DNA of 64,000 nucleotides from Clostridia bacterium (GTDB lineage Bacteria; Bacillota; Clostridia; Peptostreptococcales; Anaerovoracaceae), in NCBI GenBank assembly GCA_024402995.1, contig JAKSSR010000001.1, positions 19,225-83,224 of the forward strand. Direction: 5' to 3'. Under the pieces are notes generated by a model, which was not told the DNA's origin, made no database searches, and was given only the letters and a program-made list of their open reading frames with translations. Made by a program: the position numbers and the translations under genes. Positions 35,693 to 44,954 of this stretch are shown piece by piece (position 1 is the first letter of the stretch; every line of letters starts with the position of its first letter).

Positions 35693-36643
35693 ATGCGAGT
35701 CATTGATTATACATTAACAACAGAAGACGAAAGTCTTTATATTAAGGAGATACTTCAGCGCAGGCTGAAATTCAGCAGCAGGCTTATGCGTAAGCTGAAG
35801 GTACATGAAGGCGGTCTTCTTCTCGACGGCAAGGCTGTCAGAATGAAGGACAGGGGACTGGCCGGACAGCTGCTCAAGGTAAGTTACCCTGAAGAGACCA
35901 GTTACTTTGAACCTGAGGATATCCCTTTGGACGTCCCTTACGAGGATGAGGACCTTCTGCTGGTAAACAAGGCCCCCGGAATAGTGGTCCATCCCACAAA
36001 AGGCTACCAGACGGGAACCATTGCGAATGCGTTGGTATATAGAATGAATCAAGAGGGAGTTTCCTATAAGCCGCGTTTTGTAAACCGTCTGGACAGAGAT
36101 ACTTCAGGCCTCATCATAGTAGGAAAGAACCCACACACCCAGGATTTCCTCATGCATCAGATGGAGAAAAACCTGGTTGAAAAGACGTATATCGCCATAG
36201 TCCACGGCATTGTCGGGAAACCTGGAGAAAAGGGAACTGTGGACCAGCCCATAGATAAGGATCCCGATCACGTGGCAAGGCGTCACGTCACTCCCGATGG
36301 ATATCCTTCGGTCACTCACTACGAAGTTCTGGCTACTTCTGATTTTGACGCGGGACAGGGCGGAAGCTGCACCGGCTACAGTCTCCTGAGACTGTGCCTT
36401 GAAACAGGACGCACTCACCAGATACGCGTCCACATGACATTTTTAGGTCACCCGCTGGTCGGCGATGAACTTTACGGCCAGCTTTATGGATATACGGAAG
36501 TCCCCCGATGGATGCCCCGTCAGGCTCTCCATGCGGCCCATCTTCGCTTCAATCATCCATGTGAAGAGAAGATCGTGGACATTTCGGCGGAGATTCCCGA
36601 TGACATGCAACGTTGCATTGAATATTTGAGGTTAGTAAAATGA
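35693..36643 (+). CDS. rluD: RluA-family 23S rRNA pseudouridine synthase (RluD-like, with S4 domain)
   Basis: Catalytic VNRLDRDTSGLIIV and TGRTHQIRVH, with an N-terminal S4-like segment; 316 aa. Confidence 0.85.
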   Translation: MRVIDYTLTTEDESLYIKEILQRRLKFSSRLMRKLKVHEGGLLLDGKAVRMKDRGLAGQLLKVSYPEETSYFEPEDIPLDVPYEDEDLLLVNKAPGIVVHPTKGYQTGTIANALVYRMNQEGVSYKPRFVNRLDRDTSGLIIVGKNPHTQDFLMHQMEKNLVEKTYIAIVHGIVGKPGEKGTVDQPIDKDPDHVARRHVTPDGYPSVTHYEVLATSDFDAGQGGSCTGYSLLRLCLETGRTHQIRVHMTFLGHPLVGDELYGQLYGYTEVPRWMPRQALHAAHLRFNHPCEEKIVDISAEIPDDMQRCIEYLRLVK

Positions 36644-38292
36644 GAATTACCTTTTGCGGAGCTGCAACTGACGTAACCGGAAGCTGCCATCTTATCCAGA
36701 CTGCCAACCACAAGATCTTGCTTGACTGCGGTCAGTTCCAGGGCGGCGCGGCCGAAGACGCAATGAATTATCAGGACTTTCCTTTTAACCCGGCGGAAAT
36801 CGAGTGCGTTGTCATAAGCCATGCCCACATCGATCACTGCGGCCGTCTGCCTCTTCTTGTAAAGAGAGGATTTAAGGGAGCTATATACGCGAGCAGCGCC
36901 ACTGCCGATCTCCTTGAGGTAATGCTCAAGGACAGCGCCCACATCCACGAACAGGACGCGGATCGAAAGAACCGCAAGGCTCAGCGCGCCGGCCGTCCCA
37001 TGGTCGAGCCTCTTTATACCGCTGAAGATGCTGAAGATACCATAAAGTTCATCCATCCCGTTCTCTACGATACACTTTTTGAAGTCAATGACGAAATGAA
37101 GGTCGTCTTCAACGATGCGGGGCATATTCTGGGCTCATCCATAGTCGAACTTTGGGTCAGCGAAAACGGAGAAACCAGCAAGATCGTATTCTCCGGCGAT
37201 ATCGGAATGACCGACCGTCCCATTCTGAAGGACCCCGTCCGCATCAAGAAGGCCGACTACGTCATTATGGAGACCACCTACGGTGACCGTCTTCACGAGG
37301 CAAACCCGATCAGCATTGAAAAACTGATTGACATAATCGCCAAAACCACTCAGCGTGGCGGCAACGTGGTAATTCCCAGTTTTGCCGTGGGACGTACCCA
37401 GGAGCTTATTTTCGAGCTGAACAAGATCTATGACGGTTCCGGTTCCATGCACGACGCTCTTGCGGGAGTTCCTGTTTATGTAGACAGCCCCATGGCTATT
37501 GAGGCAACGCGAATTTTCAGAGAAAACGCTCAGGTCTACAATGACGAAATGAAGGAGTTCCTCATGAGAGGGGATCATCCTCTTGATTTTCCCAATCTCC
37601 ACTTCACCAAGACCAGCGAAGAAAGCCAGCGCATAAACATTGACACCAAGCCCAAAGTCATTATTTCAGCCAGCGGAATGTGCGAAGCCGGGCGTATTCG
37701 CCATCATTTGAAGCACAATCTCTGGAACCCCAAAAGCAGCATTGTCTTTGTCGGATATCAGGCTGAAGGTTCTCTCGGCCGTGCTTTGGTGGAAGGTACA
37801 AAAGAAGTCACACTGTTCGGCGAGACCATTAATGTTGCCGCGGAAATATATAATCTGCAGGGCTTCTCCGGTCATGCTGACCGTGACGGACTTTACAGCT
37901 GGCTCTGCGGTTTTGAGAAGATGCCCCGGGCCATATTCCTGGTTCACGGCGAAATGGAATCCAAACGCCGCTTTGCCGAGTACGTTAAGGAAAACAAGGG
38001 CTGGGACTGCGAAGTTGTAGAAGGTTTCGACACTTATGCTCTTGCTTCCGGAACCAATGAATTTACTGTTGAACCCGGTGTTACCGCCGAGCAGGAATTT
38101 GCATCCGGTGAAGAGATCCAGAAGGTCAGGAGCCGCATTGCGGCCATCCACAGCGCTCTGGAAGACGTGCTCTACAACACGACCACGTCCATTCAGGACT
38201 GCATTACTCCGGAAGACCTGGCCAAAATCAAGAATATCGTCGCTTCCCTTGAAAAGGATACTCTGGACCTGGGTGCTTCTGTCAGCAAATAG
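36640..38292 (+). CDS. MBL-fold beta-CASP RNA-metabolising hydrolase
   Basis: HAHIDHCGRLP (HxHxDH), later GHILGS and ETTYGDR, and GFSGHAD near the C-terminus; 550 aa. ATGA overlap with rluD. Confidence 0.8.
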   Translation: MRITFCGAATDVTGSCHLIQTANHKILLDCGQFQGGAAEDAMNYQDFPFNPAEIECVVISHAHIDHCGRLPLLVKRGFKGAIYASSATADLLEVMLKDSAHIHEQDADRKNRKAQRAGRPMVEPLYTAEDAEDTIKFIHPVLYDTLFEVNDEMKVVFNDAGHILGSSIVELWVSENGETSKIVFSGDIGMTDRPILKDPVRIKKADYVIMETTYGDRLHEANPISIEKLIDIIAKTTQRGGNVVIPSFAVGRTQELIFELNKIYDGSGSMHDALAGVPVYVDSPMAIEATRIFRENAQVYNDEMKEFLMRGDHPLDFPNLHFTKTSEESQRINIDTKPKVIISASGMCEAGRIRHHLKHNLWNPKSSIVFVGYQAEGSLGRALVEGTKEVTLFGETINVAAEIYNLQGFSGHADRDGLYSWLCGFEKMPRAIFLVHGEMESKRRFAEYVKENKGWDCEVVEGFDTYALASGTNEFTVEPGVTAEQEFASGEEIQKVRSRIAAIHSALEDVLYNTTTSIQDCITPEDLAKIKNIVASLEKDTLDLGASVSK

Positions 38293-38334
38293 GCGGGGCG
38301 AGAAGGGAAGGAAACCGAATAGTAATTATCCGTA

Positions 38335-38362
38335 TTGCAATAAAGCAAGACCGTGATATAAT
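38335..38362 (+). promoter_or_regulatory. Candidate sigma-A promoter for the aminotransferase gene
   Basis: TTGCAA, 16-nt spacer, TGa-TATAAT. Confidence 0.55.
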
Positions 38363-38422
38363 ATATTCTGGCATTTGATGTAAGGCGAAAGCCTTTATGT
38401 TTTAAATTTTAAGGAGGAAACA

Positions 38423-39616
38423 ATGAAGTATTCCAGCAAGATTAAGCAGTGCGGACTCTCCCCGATGAGAAAGTTCCATCCCTTTGCTGTTGCAGCAGAA
38501 GCAAGAGGAACCAAGATCTACAAGCTCAACATCGGCCAGCCCGACGTAGTCACTCCGCCCCAGTTCTTTGACGCAGTAAAGAACTTCGAGCAGCCTGTTC
38601 TCGCATATGCAGCATCCCCGGGAATCCCCGCTCTCATCAACGCAATCAAGAAGTACTATGACAACCTCGACATGCACTTCGACGAAAGCGAGATCCTCAT
38701 CACTGCCGGCGGTTCCGAAGCTCTCAGCTTCGTTATGAACTCCATTCTTGACGACGGCGATGAAATCCTCATTCCCGAACCCTACTATCCCAACTACAAC
38801 ACCATGGTCAAGGTTACCGGAGGTAAGATCGTTCCTATCCCCACCAACCCTGAAGAAGGTTATCACTATGCTGACAGAGCAAAGATCGAAGCACTGATCA
38901 CTCCCAACACCAGAGCTATCATGTGCACCAACCCCGGCAACCCCACCGGTCTGCTCCTTACCCACGAGGAAATGGAAATGATCGTTGACGTCGCCAAGGC
39001 TCACGACATGTTCGTTATCGGCGACGAAGCTTACAGAGAATTCGTTTACGGCGGAGAACCCCTCCAGTCCTTCGGTGAATTCGCTGAAACCGCTCCCGAC
39101 AACATCATCGTAGTTGATACCGTTTCCAAGAGATTCTCCGCATGCGGCGCAAGAGTCGGCTGCGTCATCTCCAAGAACAAGGAACTCAACGGCGAAATGA
39201 TGAAGCTTGCCCAGTGCAGACTTTCCGTCGCTACTCTCGACCAGATCGCATCCGCTGCTCTCTACGAAGTCGGTCCCGAATACTTCGCAGCAGTAAGAGA
39301 TGAATACAAGAGAAGAAGAGACGCCGTTTATGAAGAACTTCAGAAGATCCCCGGAATCATCTGCAAGTGCCCGAAGGGTGCATTCTACATGATGGCATCC
39401 CTGCCCGTAGACAGCGCAGACAAGTTCAACCAGTGGCTCCTGGAAGAATTCAGCGACAATGGTGAAACCGTTATGTTCGCACCCGCAGAAAGCATGTATG
39501 CAACTCCGGGCAAGGGCAAGAACGAAATCAGAATCGCTTACGTCCTCAAGGAAGAAGACCTGAGAAGAGCTTGCCAGCTCCTCGCAAAGGGTATCGAAGC
39601 TTACAACGCAAAGTAA
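38423..39616 (+). CDS. PLP-dependent aminotransferase class I (aspartate aminotransferase-like)
   Basis: 397 aa with the PLP-lysine context VSKRFSACGARVG and NPGNPTG. Strong AAGGAGGA SD. Confidence 0.85.
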   Translation: MKYSSKIKQCGLSPMRKFHPFAVAAEARGTKIYKLNIGQPDVVTPPQFFDAVKNFEQPVLAYAASPGIPALINAIKKYYDNLDMHFDESEILITAGGSEALSFVMNSILDDGDEILIPEPYYPNYNTMVKVTGGKIVPIPTNPEEGYHYADRAKIEALITPNTRAIMCTNPGNPTGLLLTHEEMEMIVDVAKAHDMFVIGDEAYREFVYGGEPLQSFGEFAETAPDNIIVVDTVSKRFSACGARVGCVISKNKELNGEMMKLAQCRLSVATLDQIASAALYEVGPEYFAAVRDEYKRRRDAVYEELQKIPGIICKCPKGAFYMMASLPVDSADKFNQWLLEEFSDNGETVMFAPAESMYATPGKGKNEIRIAYVLKEEDLRRACQLLAKGIEAYNAK

Positions 39617-39634
39617 TTTTGCCCAAAGCCTTTT

Positions 39635-39668
39635 AAAGGAACCGCATTATGCGGTTCCTTTTTTGCTT
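39635..39668 (+). terminator. Intrinsic terminator after the aminotransferase gene
   Basis: AAAGGAACCGCA-TTA-TGCGGTTCCTTT (12-bp perfect stem) followed by TTTTGCTTTTTT. Confidence 0.85.
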
Positions 39669-39691
39669 TTTTGCGAAAGTTGTGATAGTAT
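39663..39691 (+). promoter_or_regulatory. Candidate sigma-A promoter for the Fic-like/murB/PHP genes
   Basis: TTGCTT, 17-nt spacer, TGa-TAGTAT. It overlaps the T-tract of the preceding terminator. Confidence 0.4.
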
Positions 39692-39718
39692 CAAAAGGAT
39701 TATAAGGAGAAATGCGCC

Positions 39719-40465
39719 ATGTTTGAGATGATTGACAAAAAAGCGTCGGAGCTTAAGGCTCTGAATCCTTCAAATCCTGAATTCAAAAAATGGGTCGATC
39801 AGAGCAATCTCTGGTACTGGCTTTATTTTGATCTGACTATGCAGGACATTAAAGTCACCAAAAGACAGGTGGCAGACATTCTTGCGGGTCAGCTTCTTGA
39901 AGACGCGCCAATGGAGATCTACGGGTACATTCACCGCTTTGCGGCTGTGTACCGCGATATGAAAAACTATCTTCTCATGAAGAGCAATCTGACTGTTGAA
40001 ATGCTTGACGGCTGGTGCGCCGATCTGTTCCCCGAAACCGATGAAGAAGGCAATCAGAGACCTGTACGCCGTACTTCCACTTCGGCTATTTACGAGTGGG
40101 GCCATATTCCTCCTCATTTCCGTGAAATAAAGGAACGCATGGTGTCTTTGCTCCGGTCCTGTGACCGCCAGCGTTTTCTCGGCAATTATACAGACCGCAT
40201 GACCCAGCTTTACGCAGGTATTTTGTATATTTACCCCTATGGAGACAAGTCTCCCATAATGGCAGGCGTGGCCCTCATATACTGCCTTCTGGAAGAAGGG
40301 CTGCCTGTGCCGTCCCTCTCTGTGGGTGAGCAGGAATACAACAAGCTTGTTGCCGAGTACATGGAACATGGAAATTTAGAACCGTTGAAGAATATGCTGG
40401 AGCGCAGTATTTACAACCGTATTGAAGCTGTATATCAGGCTGCTCTGGCCGCAAGTGAAGAATAA
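39719..40465 (+). CDS. Fic-fold-like protein with degenerate active-site motif
   Basis: 248 aa. Where Fic proteins carry HPFx[DE]GNGRxxR, this protein reads IYPYGDKSPIMAG, followed by the usual LLEEGLPVPSL-type helix. TAAGGAGA SD. Confidence 0.5.
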   Translation: MFEMIDKKASELKALNPSNPEFKKWVDQSNLWYWLYFDLTMQDIKVTKRQVADILAGQLLEDAPMEIYGYIHRFAAVYRDMKNYLLMKSNLTVEMLDGWCADLFPETDEEGNQRPVRRTSTSAIYEWGHIPPHFREIKERMVSLLRSCDRQRFLGNYTDRMTQLYAGILYIYPYGDKSPIMAGVALIYCLLEEGLPVPSLSVGEQEYNKLVAEYMEHGNLEPLKNMLERSIYNRIEAVYQAALAASEE

Positions 40466-40466
40466 A

Positions 40467-41366
40467 ATGACAGAACTTAAGAAACATTTACTCAATTACA
40501 TAGACGAAAACGCTATCACTCTGGATGCCGATATGGGAAAGCATACGTCTTTCCGCTGCGGCGGTCCCGCCGCCATGCTGGTCCAGCCGGACAGTCTTGC
40601 ACAGCTCCTCGCTGTTCTTGACGTCCTTCGCGACGAAAAATCCAAATTCATGGTAATGGGCAACGGCAGCAACATACTCTTTACAGAAAAGGGCTATGAC
40701 GGCGTCGTCGTAAAAGTAGGAAAGGGCATGGACCGCATAACCTGCTCCGGCAACACGATCTATGCGGAAAGCGGTATTCTTCTTTCCGCTCTTTCAAAAT
40801 ATGCTTTAGATCAGAAACTCAGCGGTCTGGAATTTGCCTGCGGTATTCCCGGAAGCCTTGGCGGTGCTGTATTTATGAACGCCGGTGCTTACGGCGGCGA
40901 AATGAAGAATGTCGTATCCATGGTCAGCAGTATCAATTCCTATGGCATTATGAAGGACCGTCCCGCAGATAAGCTGGACCTTTCTTACAGACACAGTATC
41001 TTCATGGAAAACGGAGAGATCATCCTCGGCGTACGCCTTAAACTGGACGAGGGGCTTCCAAGTCTGATCGAGGCAAAAATGAAGGAAAACAACCAGCAGA
41101 GAAATTCCAAGCAGCCGGTCCATCTGGGCAGTGCCGGAAGCTTCTTCAAGCGTCCGGAAGGTTATTTTGCCGGAAAACTCATTGAAGACGCAGGCCTTAA
41201 GGGCCTTACTGTAGGAGGAGCTCAGGTGTCTAAAATGCATGCGGGATTCATCGTGAATCTCGGCAGTGCGGTACCTTCTGACATCATTAACCTTATGGCT
41301 GTGGTCCAGGAAACAGTTCTGGATAAGTTCGGTGTAAAGCTTGAACCCGAAGTCCGGATTATTTAG
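40467..41366 (+). CDS. murB: UDP-N-acetylenolpyruvoylglucosamine reductase
   Basis: Start at ATG 40467, 1 nt after the upstream stop. FRCGGPA, GNGSNIL, GIPGSLGGAVFMNAGAYG and SAGSFFKRP. Confidence 0.9.
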   Translation: MTELKKHLLNYIDENAITLDADMGKHTSFRCGGPAAMLVQPDSLAQLLAVLDVLRDEKSKFMVMGNGSNILFTEKGYDGVVVKVGKGMDRITCSGNTIYAESGILLSALSKYALDQKLSGLEFACGIPGSLGGAVFMNAGAYGGEMKNVVSMVSSINSYGIMKDRPADKLDLSYRHSIFMENGEIILGVRLKLDEGLPSLIEAKMKENNQQRNSKQPVHLGSAGSFFKRPEGYFAGKLIEDAGLKGLTVGGAQVSKMHAGFIVNLGSAVPSDIINLMAVVQETVLDKFGVKLEPEVRII

Positions 41367-41368
41367 AA

Positions 41369-42100
41369 ATGTACCGTCTTTCTTTTGATTTACATACTCA
41401 TACCCCTTATTCTCACGGGAAAAGCACCGTTCTGGACAATGCAAGAGCTGCGGCGGAGAAAGGACTTAAGACTCTGGGAATTTCAGACCATGGCCCCGGA
41501 CACAAGTTCTACGGCATTGATATGAAAGATATCCCCGCAATGCGCAAGGATATTGAAGAGGCGCGCATACAGTTTCCCGATCTTGAGATCCTTCTGGGCG
41601 TTGAGGCAAATATCATTAATCCGTCCGGGCATCTTGACGTAAGCGCTGAAGAGCAGAAGAACTTCGACTACGTTATGGCCGGTTATCATTACGGTATCTT
41701 CGGAGAAGAACCCGTTAGGGGGTTCGGCACTATTGTCGGAGGTTACTTACACCAGCTGACGGGCAAAAGCAGCACCAGAGCGAGAAACTACAACACAGAT
41801 CTGGTCATTGCCGCTCTTTACAGCAACAGGATAAAGATGCTGACCCATCCTGGCGACAAGGCCGCTTTTGACATTGACGCCATTGCCAAGGCCTGTGAGG
41901 AAACGGGGACCTGGATGGAGATCAACTGCCATCACAATGGTCTGTCCGTTGAAGGCATAAGGACCGCCGCTGAATATGACGTCACTTTTGCCATAAGCAG
42001 TGACGCTCATCTTGCGCAAAACGTTGGTGTGCCTGACGCTGCCGTAAATAGGGCGATAGAAGCCGGCCTTGACCTTAACAGGATTATTAACCTGATATAA
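41369..42100 (+). CDS. PHP-domain phosphoesterase (histidinol-phosphatase-like)
   Basis: DLHTHTPYSHG N-terminal PHP motif, SDHGP, and SSDAH near the C-terminus; 243 aa. Confidence 0.8.
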   Translation: MYRLSFDLHTHTPYSHGKSTVLDNARAAAEKGLKTLGISDHGPGHKFYGIDMKDIPAMRKDIEEARIQFPDLEILLGVEANIINPSGHLDVSAEEQKNFDYVMAGYHYGIFGEEPVRGFGTIVGGYLHQLTGKSSTRARNYNTDLVIAALYSNRIKMLTHPGDKAAFDIDAIAKACEETGTWMEINCHHNGLSVEGIRTAAEYDVTFAISSDAHLAQNVGVPDAAVNRAIEAGLDLNRIINLI

Positions 42101-42144
42101 AACAAGTTCATAGATTTACATTTTTGCTATACTAAAGGACCATT

Positions 42145-43005
42145 ATGGAAACTATCATCGTAACAGGTTTATCAGGAGCCGGAAAGTCTCATGCCATTCA
42201 TTGCATGGAGGATCTCGGCTATTACTGCATCGACAATATTCCCCCCAGACTCATGGGCGAATTCCTCAGGCTTGCCCAGAACGGCTCAATGAAGATCGAA
42301 AAGGTCGCCTTCGTCATTGATATCAGAGGCGGCGAATTCTTTAAGGATCTGAAAATGTCCCTGGATGAACTTAAGGCCCAGGGAACTGAGTTCAAGATCA
42401 TGTTCCTGGAAGCCAGTGACGCGGTTCTGGTTCGCCGTTATAAGGAGACACGCCGCAGTCATCCTCTTGCTCAGGGGACCACTACTCAGCAGGGTATTGC
42501 TGCTGAACGTGAAATGCTCAGCGAAATCCGCAAAGAAGCTACATACATCATCGATACCAGCAATATGAAGTCCGCTAATCTTAATGAAGAGATCAAAAGG
42601 CTGCTGCTAAGCGAGGAGGACGGTGAAAGCTTCACTATTACAGTCATGTCCTTCGGCTTTAAGAACGGAATGCCTCAGGAGGCAGACTGGGTCCTGGACG
42701 CAAGATTTCTGCCCAACCCTTTCTATGTTCCATCCCTTAAGAAGCTTACGGGAAACAACAAGAAGGTCCGTGATTATGTAATGAAATCAAAGCTGGCCAA
42801 AGACTTCGCAGGCCGTATCGTCGGTCTTGCCTGCGACCTTATTCCCAGTTACATCAAGGAAGGAAAGTATCATCTGGTCATTGCCATAGGCTGTACCGGC
42901 GGTCAGCACAGAAGCGTAGCCCTTGCCAACGAGATAGGGGAACGTCTCCGCGAATTGGATAAGCCTGTTGTGGTTATCCACAGAGAGCAGGAAGTCCATC
43001 ATTAA
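42145..43005 (+). CDS. rapZ: RNase adapter protein RapZ (YvcJ)
   Basis: Walker A VTGLSGAGKS, and C-terminal GCTGGQHRSVA; 286 aa. Confidence 0.9.
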   Translation: METIIVTGLSGAGKSHAIHCMEDLGYYCIDNIPPRLMGEFLRLAQNGSMKIEKVAFVIDIRGGEFFKDLKMSLDELKAQGTEFKIMFLEASDAVLVRRYKETRRSHPLAQGTTTQQGIAAEREMLSEIRKEATYIIDTSNMKSANLNEEIKRLLLSEEDGESFTITVMSFGFKNGMPQEADWVLDARFLPNPFYVPSLKKLTGNNKKVRDYVMKSKLAKDFAGRIVGLACDLIPSYIKEGKYHLVIAIGCTGGQHRSVALANEIGERLRELDKPVVVIHREQEVHH

Positions 43006-43108
43006 TCTCGAAAATAATAGCCATAGAGTTAAATTTATGTTATCATAAAAGATAGTTATAAATGAGCTGCGAAAGCAGCGGTAAGTTATATATTAGGAGG
43101 AAACACCA

Positions 43109-43936
43109 ATGGACAAATTAATCATCAGCTGTTGCATCTGCGGCGCAGAAGTCACCAAGGAAAATAACCCTGCAGTTCCTTACACCGTAGAGGAAATCGT
43201 AAGAGAAGCTAAGAGCGCATACGATGCAGGCGCAGCACTGATCCACCTTCACGTAAGATGGGACGACGGTACCCCTACCCAGGATAAGGGCAGATTCCAG
43301 GAAATGGTCGATGCAATCCGTAAGGAATGCCCCGACGTCATCATTCAGCCCTCCACCGGCGGTGCAGTTGGCATGACCGACCTTGAAAGACTTCAGTCTA
43401 CTGAAATCGTTCCCACTCCGGAAATGGCAACCCTTGACTGCGGTACCTGCAACTTCGGCGGCGACGAGATCTTCGTCAACACCGACAACACCATCGCAAA
43501 CTTCGGCGACATCATGAAGCAGAGAGGCATCAAGCCCGAATGCGAAGTTTTCGATAAGGGCATGATCGACCTGGCACTCAAGGCAGCTAAGAAGGGCCAC
43601 ATCGACTATCCTATCCACTTTGACTTCGTCCTCGGCGTTCAGATGACCGCTACCATCAGAGACCTGGTCTTCATGGCAACCTCCATTCCCGAAGGCTCCA
43701 CCTGGACTGCTACCGGTATCGGCAAGAACTGCTGGGACATCGTTGCAGCAACCATCGCTATGGGCGGCCACGTAAGAGTCGGTTTCGAAGACAACGTCTA
43801 CATGAGCAAGGGCGTTCTGGCAAAGTCCAACGGCGAAATGGTCGAAAGAGTTGTCCAGATCGCAAAGCTGATGAACAGAGAGATCGCAACTCCCGCAGAA
43901 GCAAGAGAGATCCTCGGACTCAAGCCCCTCAAGTAA
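43109..43936 (+). CDS. kce: 3-keto-5-aminohexanoate cleavage enzyme family (BKACE / DUF849)
   Basis: MDKLIISCCICGAEVTKENNPAVPYTVEEIVREAKSAYDAGAALIHLHVR...IIQPSTGG closely follows the Kce/BKACE N-terminal pattern. Strong AGGAGG SD. Confidence 0.8.
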   Translation: MDKLIISCCICGAEVTKENNPAVPYTVEEIVREAKSAYDAGAALIHLHVRWDDGTPTQDKGRFQEMVDAIRKECPDVIIQPSTGGAVGMTDLERLQSTEIVPTPEMATLDCGTCNFGGDEIFVNTDNTIANFGDIMKQRGIKPECEVFDKGMIDLALKAAKKGHIDYPIHFDFVLGVQMTATIRDLVFMATSIPEGSTWTATGIGKNCWDIVAATIAMGGHVRVGFEDNVYMSKGVLAKSNGEMVERVVQIAKLMNREIATPAEAREILGLKPLK

Positions 43937-43955
43937 TCGATTTACTGAAAATTGT

Positions 43956-43990
43956 GCGGCCTCTAAACAGGCCGCCCATTTGTCGTTTTT
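43956..43990 (+). terminator. Possible terminator after kce
   Basis: GCGGCCT-CTAAAC-AGGCCGC (7-bp stem). The T-run (TGTCGTTTTT) is displaced by about 6 nt. Confidence 0.4.
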
Positions 43991-43993
43991 ATT

Positions 43994-44944
43994 ATGTCCT
44001 TCACAACAGACGTAAAAAAAGAATTAACAGGCATCAATCCCGAGCGCAAATGCTGTGAACTTGCTGAAATAACAGGTTTTCTGCGCCTTGCAGGCTCCAT
44101 AACCTTCGGCTTTGGAGGCATGGGCATTAAGGTATCAACAGATAACCCGGCAGTCGCCAGGCTTTTCGTTACTCTCATGAAAAACTATTTCACCGCAAAG
44201 AGTGAACTTAACATTTCAGAGAATCCGGGACCCGCTAAAACCAAATTATACGAGCTTACAATTACTCCCGACATGAACGCCGAAGCCATACTTCGTGAAA
44301 CAGGCATGCTGGGAATAAAAGAGGGCAGCAACTACCTTACTGATGGTATTGATCCTTCGGTGATCAGAAAACGCTGCTGTAAAAAGGCCGCTTTACGAGG
44401 CCTTTTCCTCGCCGCCGGTTCTGTAAGCGATCCGGCAAAGAGCTATCATCTTGAGATCAGCTGCAGCAGAGAGGATACTGCCTCAAGCATCAGAAAACTG
44501 GTCAACAGCTTCGGTCTCAATACAAGAATTACCGAAAGACGCGGAAAACATGTTGTCTATTTAAAGGACGCCGAGCAAATAGGGGATTTTCTCAACATAA
44601 TCGGTGCAACAGGCCAGTACCTGAAATTTCAGGACGTGCGCCTGACAAAAGAACTGAAGAATAATGCCAACAGGGCATTTAACTGCGATATGGCCAATTC
44701 AGACAGGGCCATGGGCGCTGCGCAGAAGCAGATCGAAGCTATAAAGTTCATCGATGAGAACAGAGGTCTTGACACGCTTCCCGACCGTTTATTGGAAACG
44801 GCAAGAATGCGCCTTGACTATCCGGAGCTTTCTCTTGCGGAGCTGGCAGAACTTTTTGATCCGCTCATTAAAAAATCCGGACTTAACCACAGATTCGAGA
44901 AGATAATGGCAATAGCCGAAAACATAAAAAACGGTCAAAATTGA
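43994..44944 (+). CDS. whiA: Sporulation/cell-division regulator WhiA
   Basis: MSFTTDVKKELTGINPERKCC N-terminus, LAGLIDADG-like middle region and a C-terminal HTH (LSLAELAELFDPLIKKSGLNHRF); 316 aa. Confidence 0.9.
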   Translation: MSFTTDVKKELTGINPERKCCELAEITGFLRLAGSITFGFGGMGIKVSTDNPAVARLFVTLMKNYFTAKSELNISENPGPAKTKLYELTITPDMNAEAILRETGMLGIKEGSNYLTDGIDPSVIRKRCCKKAALRGLFLAAGSVSDPAKSYHLEISCSREDTASSIRKLVNSFGLNTRITERRGKHVVYLKDAEQIGDFLNIIGATGQYLKFQDVRLTKELKNNANRAFNCDMANSDRAMGAAQKQIEAIKFIDENRGLDTLPDRLLETARMRLDYPELSLAELAELFDPLIKKSGLNHRFEKIMAIAENIKNGQN

Positions 44945-44954
44945 GAGGTTATAT

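Noticed and set aside
42125-42133. TGcTATACT extended -10-like element just upstream of rapZ.
   Set aside because: It ends 11 nt before the ATG, so a transcript starting there would exclude the AAAGGA SD. No usable -35 is present. It is more likely a chance match or would give a leaderless mRNA, so I did not call it.
43109-43936. kce considered as evidence for a lysine-fermentation pathway in this window.
   Set aside because: None of the other pathway genes (kamA, kamD/E, kdd, kal, CoA-transferase) are adjacent. BKACE is a broad family with many substrate specificities.
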